Virus record (IMG/VR): IMGVR_UViG_638275430_000001
Coordinates: 22,274 to 86,273 of that record
Source: a virus
Lineage: Duplodnaviria > Heunggongvirae > Uroviricota > Caudoviricetes
DNA: 64,000 bases
Direction: 5' to 3' (one strand)
In this document: positions 9,477 to 18,042 of the stretch, piece by piece
Layout of the letters: each line of letters opens with the position of its first letter
Position numbering within the stretch: the first letter of the stretch is position 1
Notes under the pieces: generated by a model
Seen by the model: the letters and a program-made list of their open reading frames with translations, nothing else
Databases searched by the model: none
What the model was told of the DNA's origin: nothing
Position numbers and translations under genes: made by a program

Positions 9477-9764
9477 TTATAATTTCGATACGCTTAGTTC
9501 GATTGTAGCAACATCGCTTTCTGATCTACACCAAACTTCAAGACTTCCAGATGAAGCAATTACTTGTGATCCGAAATACATTCTACCGTTAAGCATATCT
9601 CCGTCTCTGCTAGACTCTAACGGTCTGGTGCCTTCTGCCAAAATACCAGCAACTCTAGGATTTAAGTTTTGAATTTTGAACTGAGTGCCGACTGGAATAT
9701 TTGCAGTCGCATTCAGAGAAACCCAAGACTTACCAACAGTTGCGTTTGGAATTGTCTGTGACAT
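9477..9764 (-). CDS. Small structural protein (95 aa)
   Basis: SD caggagaaATG. CTAAATAAT late-type motif upstream. Terminator upstream. Confidence 0.6.
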   Translation of the reverse strand: MSQTIPNATVGKSWVSLNATANIPVGTQFKIQNLNPRVAGILAEGTRPLESSRDGDMLNGRMYFGSQVIASSGSLEVWCRSESDVATIELSVSKL

Positions 9765-9793
9765 TCAAATTTCTCCTGTGATTGTTTTCTATT

Positions 9794-9802
9794 ATTTAGA
9801 TA
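9794..9802 (-). promoter_or_regulatory. Putative late promoter CTAAATAAT
   Basis: Reverse complement of attatttag, about 27 nt upstream of the ATG at 9764. Confidence 0.45.
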
Positions 9803-9810
9803 AACAAAAA

Positions 9811-9830
9811 GGGAGCCGAAGCTCCCTTTT
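9811..9830. terminator. Hairpin gggagc-cgaa-gctccc flanked by A-run and T-run (bidirectional)
   Basis: aaaaagggagccgaagctccctttt. Separates the early block from the late structural block. Confidence 0.7.
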
Positions 9831-9832
9831 AT

Positions 9833-10225
9833 TTAGATCGAACAGACTGGTGTCAGCGAAACTTCCTCAGATTGACTGGCCGCTTCTGGCTCGCTTTCCG
9901 TTACTTTCTGATACGCTTCCATTACTAGCTCGTCATAACGCTGTTTGGAGCTCATCCAGAGCGATTCCAGAACATCCTTAGCGATAGGTTTTTGTAGAGT
10001 CAGAACACGGAGCTTTTCGATTGCGTAGATATATCCGTCTTTGTTGCAAACATGAAGACATTCTTCCGCGTGAAGTCTCAGACGCTCAATCTCTTTCCGA
10101 TTCTTGGCAAGATATTTCTTACTCTTCTTTTCTACCATTGATTTAATCGCGGCTTGTTCACGCTCTTTCGCTTCTTCGATTTCGCGTTGATCTTCGGCAA
10201 TTACATCTTCAATACGTTCGTTCAT
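9833..10225 (-). CDS. Hypothetical protein (130 aa, Lys/Glu-rich)
   Basis: ORF follows the gp55 operon on the same strand. Confidence 0.5.
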   Translation of the reverse strand: MNERIEDVIAEDQREIEEAKEREQAAIKSMVEKKSKKYLAKNRKEIERLRLHAEECLHVCNKDGYIYAIEKLRVLTLQKPIAKDVLESLWMSSKQRYDELVMEAYQKVTESEPEAASQSEEVSLTPVCSI

Positions 10226-10467
10226 TTATTTTTCCATGTGTAAGTGAGAGTCAAACCATTATCTATAACAGACAATTCGCCATGCTTTAATACCATACGG
10301 TTAGAACGAATAGAAAGAGGATCAATAATCACCGGGATTCCAGATTCGAGCAATTTTAAATTTAGCATATAGGGAACTAAGTCAAGTTCATGATTGGACT
10401 CAATTAATAAGTCGATAGAATTTATGGATAATGAGATATTATTCGCTGTCATCTTCATCATCCTCAA
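10222..10467 (-). CDS. Hypothetical protein (81 aa)
   Basis: Start-stop overlap with neighbours. Confidence 0.45.
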   Translation of the reverse strand: MRMMKMTANNISLSINSIDLLIESNHELDLVPYMLNLKLLESGIPVIIDPLSIRSNRMVLKHGELSVIDNGLTLTYTWKNK

Positions 10468-10960
10468 GGAATGACAATCCGCCGAGCTGTTTGGGTTTCT
10501 TGGGCTTAATTTTTCTTTTCGCCTCGAAATCGTTAGCTTTAGTCATCATGTCATTATAGAAAGCAACATCCACTAGCTTGGCCATGTCTTCATCTTCACC
10601 ATCGTGAACATGTTCCAAGAAATATTTGTATTTTGCTGCTTCTTCCTGTTTCATGAATTTAATTCTATTGAAAAAGGCTCTGGCACAAATCATACTAATA
10701 TATGCGTGTGGATTACTATAACGCTGGGTATCAAAGTTCTTGCAATATCGCAAGCATACATCGATTGCCGCACCTACCATTGCTTCTTTCCATGTGTCGG
10801 TATAGCGATTAAATCGCCAATGGTGCGTGAATCCTTCCGCGATCTTCATAATCGCTCCCCCGATAAATTCGGGCATCCTCTCAGTTGGGTTTTCTTTCAA
10901 CTTCTCTTTCCAAGCGACGAATGCCTGGTAAAGTTCCTCGTTGTCAACATAATTTGCCAT
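10439..10960 (-). CDS. 55: Late-transcription sigma factor gp55
   Basis: Collinear similarity to T4 gp55, including the NPHAYI motif and I(M/L)(K/L)IAEG. 173 aa. Hairpin (gtatacttc...gaagtatac) immediately 5' of the ATG. Confidence 0.85.
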   Translation of the reverse strand: MANYVDNEELYQAFVAWKEKLKENPTERMPEFIGGAIMKIAEGFTHHWRFNRYTDTWKEAMVGAAIDVCLRYCKNFDTQRYSNPHAYISMICARAFFNRIKFMKQEEAAKYKYFLEHVHDGEDEDMAKLVDVAFYNDMMTKANDFEAKRKIKPKKPKQLGGLSFLEDDEDDSE

Positions 10961-11022
10961 AAAGGTATACTTCCCTCGTTTGTTTACAAGAGAAGTATAC
11001 TATGAAAATTTGATGTTATAAA

Positions 11023-12462
11023 CTAAGGTCGCACACTATCGACCCAGTCTCGCACCATTTTAACATGCTCTGGTTGTATAATGTCAAGCTTATAATCCAA
11101 CTTTCTGCACCAACGATAGAACTTTCCTTGTTCTTCTTTTGTCAACTCAAACATGGTGCCAAATGTGACTTTCTTCTTTCTAGGCGTAGTTTCTTTCTTA
11201 CGCTCTTTTCGTTCTGGACCACTCACCATATGTTCGGTATCAATCTTTGACTCAGGCAAATATCTAGATTTCAGATATTCAGCGGCTCGCAGATCTGGAA
11301 CGATTAGCGTCACTTTCCATTTCGAATGCTGATTTCGAATGTCAGTTCTCAAACAAAGCTGAAACACCGGCTCAAGGTATTTTGATACCAGATAAGCGTC
11401 GATCAGTTTGTTTGTGTCCATATTATGACAACTCGACAAGCATTTAAGCAACTCAATTTGCCATGGCATAGGGTTATAGCTGAATAACGCTACCGCAGTC
11501 GTATGGCTCATGTAACTGTTAAGTCCATGTGGATTATACGCTACCCTATGTCCTACTTTCAGTGCCGCTCTATAGCTGTTCGTTGTGTAGATGAAAGGGC
11601 TTATCCCAACTAAGTCGTAAACAACGTCCTTGACTTTGTTATAAACGCTTTCACCATTGACGTCCTTATCTGCCGCGTATCGAGACCATATACCGTCATA
11701 AACGGGAATAATTTCCACTCGATTTGAATTCGGATACTGAATGAAATCCAGCTTCTTCATCAGCGGACTCGTTTTAAACTTCCAGCCGCAAAAGTCTTTC
11801 AGCACAACGCCAGTAAACGTTTCTCTAAAGTTGGCACAAGCGATTGTGATCTTATCGAACTTGTTCCACTTCTGTGTTGTGCTGTCATCTATGAAATACA
11901 CCACATTGTCTTTGACTATAACAGGAATGCCTTGCAATAGAGATCTCGCTAATGAGAAAACAGCACTAGATACAACGTCATGTCCATATAAACCGTCTGT
12001 TGCTATCTTGTTCAGCTTGTCTCTGAAATCTTCATTCAGTGTCATTCTACCGTCTTCGATATTACAGTATTTTCCAATAAAGTCAAGGTTATCTGTGAAC
12101 TTTAATTGATTCAACTGCACGAAATCAGGTACTTCGTCAATATACAATTCGTGTCCATTCAGATCTTCATAATCCGGATAAGACAATAAAGCGGCATGAG
12201 TAATAAACAACACACGATAATTGCCAGCACTTTCTTTGATTACTTCTGCCACGCTCTTGCTTCTGCTAACGTGATCCGAGTCGATGATAATACTATCACT
12301 TTCTCCTCCCAAGTTATTATAGAAGTCATAGCTTTGTTGTGATAGCTGGCAACTAATTGATGCGATCACACACGGCTTTTTATTCTTTTTAACGTGAGTC
12401 AGAATTGCTTTTGTTTTACCAGCAGCCGGAACTGCCTGTAGAATCTCAACGTTTAATGCCAT
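11023..12462 (-). CDS. P-loop NTPase with Walker A (VPAAGKTKAI) and DEVP Walker B, putative helicase-like ATPase
   Basis: 479 aa. Motifs read directly from the translation. Confidence 0.55.
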   Translation of the reverse strand: MALNVEILQAVPAAGKTKAILTHVKKNKKPCVIASISCQLSQQSYDFYNNLGGESDSIIIDSDHVSRSKSVAEVIKESAGNYRVLFITHAALLSYPDYEDLNGHELYIDEVPDFVQLNQLKFTDNLDFIGKYCNIEDGRMTLNEDFRDKLNKIATDGLYGHDVVSSAVFSLARSLLQGIPVIVKDNVVYFIDDSTTQKWNKFDKITIACANFRETFTGVVLKDFCGWKFKTSPLMKKLDFIQYPNSNRVEIIPVYDGIWSRYAADKDVNGESVYNKVKDVVYDLVGISPFIYTTNSYRAALKVGHRVAYNPHGLNSYMSHTTAVALFSYNPMPWQIELLKCLSSCHNMDTNKLIDAYLVSKYLEPVFQLCLRTDIRNQHSKWKVTLIVPDLRAAEYLKSRYLPESKIDTEHMVSGPERKERKKETTPRKKKVTFGTMFELTKEEQGKFYRWCRKLDYKLDIIQPEHVKMVRDWVDSVRP

Positions 12463-12694
12463 TATCTACACCAAAAGCAATAGTATCGTACTCACGGAGA
12501 ATAAAAGCAACCAGATGTTCGCGGAGAGCTTTCTTCATCCATGGAGTATCTTCTACGACTTTGGTGATTGCTTCGTGCATCCACACTACCTGTTCATCTA
12601 GCCAAGCTGGGTCACAAGCGAAACCGGTTTTCTTGCGAGCTTCAACAGCCTCAACGATTCTTGTATTGCACACATTTCCAAAAACGACGTTCAT
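12446..12694 (-). CDS. Hypothetical protein (82 aa)
   Basis: Same-strand ORF. Promoter TTGACT.. after the hairpin terminator at 12738-12768. Confidence 0.45.
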   Translation of the reverse strand: MNVVFGNVCNTRIVEAVEARKKTGFACDPAWLDEQVVWMHEAITKVVEDTPWMKKALREHLVAFILREYDTIAFGVDNGIKR

Positions 12695-12737
12695 TTATTC
12701 ACCTCTCGTTACTGTATAAGCACTATTCTTGCATAGA

Positions 12738-12768
12738 ATAGGACTTTAGTCAACAAAAAAGGTTCTGA
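12738..12768 (-). terminator. Hairpin ggttctg..cagaacc + T6 on the minus strand
   Basis: aaaaaaggttctgacttacgccagaacctt. Confidence 0.5.
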
Positions 12769-12769
12769 C

Positions 12770-13270
12770 TTACGCCAGAACCTTGTTCCAATACTTATAG
12801 TTCATCTTTCGTGCTGTCTTGTAGCATTCAGCGGGATGTAACGGCTGCTTGTGCAAACGTTTCGCGCTCTTGACTACTTTAGCCCAGCCGTCCGGACGAA
12901 TGTAGATCAGCCCTGCCCATTTAGGAACGTCATCTGGCGAAATGAGTCCTTCGGGTACTGCATACCAGAAATAGTTTGACATATCTCCGGCTTCTAACGC
13001 TTCTCGTTTCGTCTTGCGAGTCATCTTATGCGTTCTATACAGTGTGGGTTTCTCTAATTTTTCGAATATACGAACAGACTTCTTGGCATCGGCTTTGAAA
13101 TCTGCTTTACTTACCTTGATTTCTATTTCATCACACAAGCCGCTTGGACGCAAGCAAAATAAATCTGCCTCGTTGTCGTAAAGTGTGTAGCAATTAGGGA
13201 CAATCAGATCATATCGTTTCTGAAATTCGGGTGTTCGTCCTATCGCTTTTTGTACATCAGATTCGGTCAT
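12770..13270 (-). CDS. Hypothetical protein (166 aa)
   Basis: Overlap-coupled with the upstream gene. Confidence 0.5.
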   Translation of the reverse strand: MTESDVQKAIGRTPEFQKRYDLIVPNCYTLYDNEADLFCLRPSGLCDEIEIKVSKADFKADAKKSVRIFEKLEKPTLYRTHKMTRKTKREALEAGDMSNYFWYAVPEGLISPDDVPKWAGLIYIRPDGWAKVVKSAKRLHKQPLHPAECYKTARKMNYKYWNKVLA

Positions 13271-13551
13271 ACCAACTCCCCATATTTTTCTTTAAATGTT
13301 TGAAAACTTCCTATCCACTTATCATCAACGAATATCTGTGGATATTGGCGGGGAGAAGTATCTTTACCAGCTCTAATTCGACATTCTTCTATTGCGGGTC
13401 TGTTATATGCAAACCCAAGTTGATTTGAATCCCTGATTATAACCGGAATAAACGTGTAATCGAGTGAGTATGATCGACAGAAATCAACGGCAGCAATACA
13501 TCCAGGACACTTAAAAAGTTCCTCCGGTACGCCGTAGATTTCTATTTTCAT
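13267..13551 (-). CDS. Glutaredoxin/thioredoxin-fold protein (CPGC active site)
   Basis: 94 aa. KCPGC motif at aa 14-18. ATGA overlap with the upstream gene. Confidence 0.6.
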   Translation of the reverse strand: MKIEIYGVPEELFKCPGCIAAVDFCRSYSLDYTFIPVIIRDSNQLGFAYNRPAIEECRIRAGKDTSPRQYPQIFVDDKWIGSFQTFKEKYGELV

Positions 13552-13820
13552 GCGTTGGCATCAACCCACATTTTGAGTTCTTCGAATCCACCGATATATT
13601 CACCATCGGCAAATACTTGCGGCATAGAAGTCACCACAACACCGTGTTCCTTAGCGCGACGGGTTAGATCTGCTTTATTAACTTTGTGTTCTTCTGTCTT
13701 GCTGATTTTAGCAATAGGCAGAAACACGTAATTTACGCCGCGAACATCAAGCAGACGTTTGGCATTCAGACAGGGTTTGCATTCTAATTCGAGAGGATCG
13801 AATCCATAAACTTCGAGCAT
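13548..13820 (-). CDS. nrdC: NrdC-like phage thioredoxin/glutaredoxin (CKPC)
   Basis: Similar to T4 NrdC: ..C..C.NAKRLL... MPQVFA.DG..IGGF. SD aaggaatttaaATG. Confidence 0.7.
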   Translation of the reverse strand: MLEVYGFDPLELECKPCLNAKRLLDVRGVNYVFLPIAKISKTEEHKVNKADLTRRAKEHGVVVTSMPQVFADGEYIGGFEELKMWVDANA

Positions 13821-13829
13821 TTAAATTCC

Positions 13830-14207
13830 TTACATGTGTTTGGTGAATGTGCGAGTCACAATATCTCGCTGTTGTTCTGGAGTCAGCGCATTAAAACGTA
13901 CCGCATAGCCAGAGATTCTAACTACCAGATTTGGGTAACGATTGGGGTCTTCAATAGCAAGCATCAAATGCTCCCGAGAAAGAACATTCACATTTAGATG
14001 TTGGCCGGCATGTTGTACCGATTCAATTTCAACGTCCCGTGTTTCTTGTTCCTCGATCTGAGTTTTGATTGCCTGATATTTCACGCTATTTTGTTTGAGG
14101 ATTTCATCCTCTTGATATCCCGGAGCAACTAAAATTCTAATTGCTTCTGGAGTATAAAGCATAATTGCACCTTTTAGATGCCCGCTCATTATCTGAATTG
14201 CTTTCAT
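13830..14207 (-). CDS. grcA: Autonomous glycyl-radical cofactor protein, GrcA/YfiD-like
   Basis: 125 aa. Near-collinear with E. coli GrcA: [12 protein letters not shown]...[29 protein letters not shown] (glycine-radical motif RISGY). ATGA-coupled to nrdG. Confidence 0.8.
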   Translation of the reverse strand: MKAIQIMSGHLKGAIMLYTPEAIRILVAPGYQEDEILKQNSVKYQAIKTQIEEQETRDVEIESVQHAGQHLNVNVLSREHLMLAIEDPNRYPNLVVRISGYAVRFNALTPEQQRDIVTRTFTKHM

Positions 14208-14683
14208 ACTTCTCCTAGATAGATTATACGTTGATTCTCCGAGCCTCGGAATTTCAGATCAACGTTTTTAAGTTCTTCAACGAATTTACCGTCAACAAGA
14301 ACATCAATCAGTGATGCAACTATAACATTCTTTTTAGGTTCAAGTAAACATTCTTCGCGAGTGTAACCTGTCCATAGCCAAACTGTTTTAGTTGGGAACT
14401 CAGCACGAAACCACTTTAGAAACTCAATTAGGCAGTCTAGGTTGCGGTCATACAACGGATCACCACCCAACAGCGATATACCTTCACGTTTGATGCGGGA
14501 ATCGTTCATATCGCGTTCCACGAGCTTCCGCAGTTGAATTTCTTCTTCTGTCTTTCCGTCCCACTTCCATGTGCTCTTGCTAAAACATCCTTTGCATTGG
14601 TGACTGCATCCAGCAAGCCAAATACTTGCGCGAGTTCCAGTTCCGTTTAATACGTCTAACGACTTGTAATCCAAGATCTTCAT
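14204..14683 (-). CDS. nrdG: Anaerobic ribonucleotide reductase activating protein NrdG (radical SAM)
   Basis: GCSHQCKGC (CxxxCxxC) cluster. 159 aa. Directly downstream of nrdD. Confidence 0.85.
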   Translation of the reverse strand: MKILDYKSLDVLNGTGTRASIWLAGCSHQCKGCFSKSTWKWDGKTEEEIQLRKLVERDMNDSRIKREGISLLGGDPLYDRNLDCLIEFLKWFRAEFPTKTVWLWTGYTREECLLEPKKNVIVASLIDVLVDGKFVEELKNVDLKFRGSENQRIIYLGEV

Positions 14684-14700
14684 ATTATTTCCTATGAGAA

Positions 14701-14720
14701 AGGGCCCGAAGGCCCTTTAT
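14701..14720 (-). terminator. C(UUCG)G hairpin (agggcc-ttcg-ggccct) between nrdD and nrdG
   Basis: agggcccgaaggccctttat. Possibly an attenuator. Confidence 0.5.
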
Positions 14721-16834
14721 TAAAGATGTTTTACTCGTTTTTGGACTTCATCCTGCTTGCCGCGATTAAATGCGCGAGAACCAGGCGCACCGAGATAACC
14801 GCATACGCGACGAATAACGTTCATTTTGGTATCGTCATGATTACCACATTTAGGACATTCGTACCCTTTGGAAGTAGCAGTGAATTCACCGTGATAGCCA
14901 CATTCAAAGCAAACATCAACAGGAGTATTTGTTCCGTAATACGGTGTGTTCAGATAAGCATAATCCCAAACGTCTTCCAACGCTTTCAGATTATTTTTCA
15001 TATTCGGATATTCTCCGTATGAAATAAATCCACCTGAACTCAGAGGAATAAATTGCTTTTCAAAATCAATCTTGTCATAAGGATTGGTATTATGACGGAC
15101 GTCGAGGTGGAAGCTGTTTGTGTAATAATCTTTATCGAACACTTTATGAGTCGGATAAAGTTCGCTATCAATTTTAGCGAAACGATAGCACAGGCTTTCA
15201 GATGGAGTACCGTACAGGCTGAAAGCCAAACCAGTTTCAGCTTTCCAAGAATCGGTAATCTCTTTCATGTGTTTAAGAACAGACAGAGCGAACACTTGTT
15301 TGGTTTGATTCTCCATGATGTGTTCATCGATACCATACATCATGATTTCACTCAGTTCATGCAGGCCGATATAGCCGATACTGACAGAAGCGCGTCCATT
15401 TTCAAATGCTTTCATGATATCGTCATCTGGATTCAGACGTACACCGCAGGCGCCTTCGACGTAAAGAATCGGAGCCACGCTTGCCTTAACGCCACGCAGA
15501 CGATCAACACGTACCATTAGAGCTTGTTTAACTACTTCCATACGCTCTTCCAGAAGCTCCCAGAAACGCATATGATTGCCGTTTGCGTCGAGTGCGATAC
15601 GCGGCAGATTCAGAGTAACAACCCCTAGATTATTACGACCTTCGTGAACTTCATTGCCATTTTCGTCTTCCCAACGATGCAAGAAACTGCGGCATCCCAT
15701 AGGGAACTTAAAGCTGCCAGTTGTTTCAACAACTTTATCATAACTCAGAATATCTGGATACATACGCTTAGAAGCGCACTCCAGTGCCAGTTGCTTGATA
15801 CGATAAAGCGGGTCAGTTGGCTTCAAGTTGTGTCCGTCTTTCAGAGCAAACACCAGTTTCGGGAACACCGGAGTGATACCCTCTTTGCCAAGTCCAGCCA
15901 GTCGAACTTTCAAGATCGCTTCCTGAATCAGTTCAGCTTCCCAGCTTTCACCCAGACCAAAGCCGAATGTACAGAAGGGAGTTTGACCGTTCGCGGAGTG
16001 AAGAGTGTTCACCTCGTATTCGAGTCCCTGCATTGCATCATACACAGCTTTGTGAGTCTTTGCAATAGCGTATTCTTTCGCATCTGGAATTTTCCAATAA
16101 CGGGCTTCGTCCAAATGCTTTTCATGAGTCATCTTAACATACGGTGCCAGCACTTCGTCAATACGATTAATTGTGTTGCCGCCGTAAATGTGACTTGCTA
16201 CTTGCGCAATAATCTGAGCGACTACGGCAGCAGCGGTAGAAATGCTTTTCGGAGTTTCGATCTGTGCATTTCCCATACGGAACCCGCGATCTAACATGCC
16301 TTTGACATCTATCAACATGCAGTTAAACATTGGGAAGAATGGAGAATAGTCAAGATCATGGAAGTGCAGCCAGCCTTTTTCGTGTGCTTGCATAACTTCA
16401 ACAGGAAGATAATGCTTTGCAAAGTGCTTACTAACAATACCAGCAACCAGATCGCGTTGAGTAGGGATTACTTTAGCGTCTTTGTTAGCATTCTCATTCA
16501 TGATGCCTTCATCTTCCTGCTTCATCAGTCCCATGATACGCTTGGTCATGTCGCTGTTCAAGTCGCGAGCAACGTCACGATCATAGCGGTATTCGATGTA
16601 GGAGCGAGCCACAGCAGGATATCGAGATTTCATTAAAGTGTCTTCAACTACGTGTTGAATTTCTTCAATCGTTACCAGATTGCGGCCTATGAGCTTGCGA
16701 ACGACTGCCTCTGTGGCGTGGTGCGGGAAAGTTGGGTCGATAATATTGATCGACTGGAGGGAATTTGTGATTGCTGTTTCAATAAAAGATTGGTCAAAGT
16801 CAACTACTCGACCATCGCGTTTTTGTACTTGCAT
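14720..16834 (-). CDS. nrdD: Anaerobic ribonucleoside-triphosphate reductase NrdD (intron-less)
   Basis: 704 aa. C-terminal glycyl radical motif RRVCGYLG. Zn-ribbon CxxC...CxxC. Confidence 0.9.
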   Translation of the reverse strand: MQVQKRDGRVVDFDQSFIETAITNSLQSINIIDPTFPHHATEAVVRKLIGRNLVTIEEIQHVVEDTLMKSRYPAVARSYIEYRYDRDVARDLNSDMTKRIMGLMKQEDEGIMNENANKDAKVIPTQRDLVAGIVSKHFAKHYLPVEVMQAHEKGWLHFHDLDYSPFFPMFNCMLIDVKGMLDRGFRMGNAQIETPKSISTAAAVVAQIIAQVASHIYGGNTINRIDEVLAPYVKMTHEKHLDEARYWKIPDAKEYAIAKTHKAVYDAMQGLEYEVNTLHSANGQTPFCTFGFGLGESWEAELIQEAILKVRLAGLGKEGITPVFPKLVFALKDGHNLKPTDPLYRIKQLALECASKRMYPDILSYDKVVETTGSFKFPMGCRSFLHRWEDENGNEVHEGRNNLGVVTLNLPRIALDANGNHMRFWELLEERMEVVKQALMVRVDRLRGVKASVAPILYVEGACGVRLNPDDDIMKAFENGRASVSIGYIGLHELSEIMMYGIDEHIMENQTKQVFALSVLKHMKEITDSWKAETGLAFSLYGTPSESLCYRFAKIDSELYPTHKVFDKDYYTNSFHLDVRHNTNPYDKIDFEKQFIPLSSGGFISYGEYPNMKNNLKALEDVWDYAYLNTPYYGTNTPVDVCFECGYHGEFTATSKGYECPKCGNHDDTKMNVIRRVCGYLGAPGSRAFNRGKQDEVQKRVKHL

Positions 16835-16899
16835 TTTGTTTCCGTTGTAGGTGTGTAGGAAAAGAAAAACGAGTCTTTCGACTCGCTGATATTGTACTG

Positions 16900-17145
16900 C
16901 TATTTAGAACGAACATAAACATTTTCTCGCTTCACAATTCCACGAACTAGCTCCAATCGAGCTAACATTTGATTCGGATGTAACGGCGACGTGATATATA
17001 ACGCATCACTTTCCATATCAACGAGTTTTCGATACGCTTTCAGAGCGTTTTCGTGTTGAATATAGAGTTCTTCAACTGCGGCTTTATTGTAGCCGCAGAC
17101 TTCCCAACGATTTAGAGTTTCCGGTAAAATCACGATTAACCCCAC
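16900..17145 (-). CDS. Hypothetical protein (81 aa)
   Basis: Same-strand ORF overlapping the upstream gene by 10 nt. Confidence 0.45.
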   Translation of the reverse strand: MGLIVILPETLNRWEVCGYNKAAVEELYIQHENALKAYRKLVDMESDALYITSPLHPNQMLARLELVRGIVKRENVYVRSK

Positions 17146-17531
17146 AAAGTCAGAAGTTCGGTATCTTCTTTTTTCAAGCTGTCAACGATTGTTTTCAGCT
17201 CCGCATAACGAATCGAACAACGACCTTTGTTGACATCGATACCAGCAGCAGTCAGAACAGACAGTGGAACATGACGAACATTGCCGAATTGAACATCGTT
17301 TGTGTTCTTTTCTTTACCATAATCAACACCTAGTTCGATGTGAGTAATGTCAGCAAAGAATACCTTGTTACCTTTGTCAACGATTGCAATATGTTTCATC
17401 TTGGTAATGCGTTCGGCGGCACCGATAAAACCAATTGCTCGTTTCTCTTTCATCATCGTTTCAAAACTCAGACACTCGCCTTGACCGTCTTTATTACGAC
17501 TCGGGATTACTACGATGGTATCATGTTTCAT
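17136..17531 (-). CDS. Hypothetical protein (131 aa)
   Basis: Consensus early promoter/leader upstream (..agttgacg..gctgaggaataaatcATG). Confidence 0.6.
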   Translation of the reverse strand: MKHDTIVVIPSRNKDGQGECLSFETMMKEKRAIGFIGAAERITKMKHIAIVDKGNKVFFADITHIELGVDYGKEKNTNDVQFGNVRHVPLSVLTAAGIDVNKGRCSIRYAELKTIVDSLKKEDTELLTLWG

Positions 17532-17599
17532 GATTTATTCCTCAGCTTTGTTTCGATAGAGCCAATCTTAACATGATGGCTCTGGGCGTCAACTACTTT

Positions 17600-17686
17600 T
17601 TAGAAAATTGCTGGAGCAACAACGCTGAACAAAATTCCCAGGATTGCAACAACAACAATCAGTTCAATCAGAGTAAAGCCTTTCAT
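17600..17686 (-). CDS. 28-aa hydrophobic peptide with prepilin-like N-terminus (MKGFTLIELIVVVAILGILFSVVAPAIF). Not in the ORF track (<60 aa)
   Basis: ATG overlaps the upstream TGA (ATGA). GAGGA SD 7 nt upstream. Type IV pilin class III signal-like GFTLIEL motif. Confidence 0.45.
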   Translation of the reverse strand: MKGFTLIELIVVVAILGILFSVVAPAIF

Positions 17687-17946
17687 TTCAGATCCTCACA
17701 TTGAGTAATAAGTTTAAAACCTTTGTTTTGCAGTGCATGTCGGATACTTGCATATGCATCAAACTTGCTAACAGCTTGTACCATGTACTTGTCAGTTTCG
17801 AATTCAGATACATCCAACTCTGGGAAAACCTCAGAGAAACGACGCAATGCAACGGTACTTGCGTGTGCTGCCATACCGTCGATGTTAGCAGACACAAAGG
17901 CAATATTGCGCTTGTGATTAACAAAACTTCTGACTTGATGTTCCAT
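17683..17946 (-). CDS. Hypothetical protein (87 aa; start refined to MEHQVRS)
   Basis: Consensus leader cgagaggaatacaccATG. The track start at 17976 lies in the promoter region. Confidence 0.55.
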   Translation of the reverse strand: MEHQVRSFVNHKRNIAFVSANIDGMAAHASTVALRRFSEVFPELDVSEFETDKYMVQAVSKFDAYASIRHALQNKGFKLITQCEDLK

Positions 17947-18016
17947 GGTGTATTCCTCTCGTTTCGATGTGTCCATATTAGCAGATCAATACCATGTGTC
18001 AACTCTTTTGGAAAAT

Positions 18017-18040
18017 AAAAATCCGCCCGAAGGCGGATTC
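18017..18040 (-). terminator. C(UUCG)G hairpin terminator (atccgcc-ttcg-ggcggat) fused to the early promoter UP element
   Basis: aaaaatccgcccgaaggcggatt. Same stem at 31165. Confidence 0.65.
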
Positions 18041-18042
18041 TA

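Noticed and set aside
13790-13812. ggatcgaatcc, which resembles a tRNA T-arm (GGTTCGAATCC)
   Set aside because: It lies inside the nrdC-like coding sequence. No acceptor or anticodon stems can be built around it. No tRNA found in the window.
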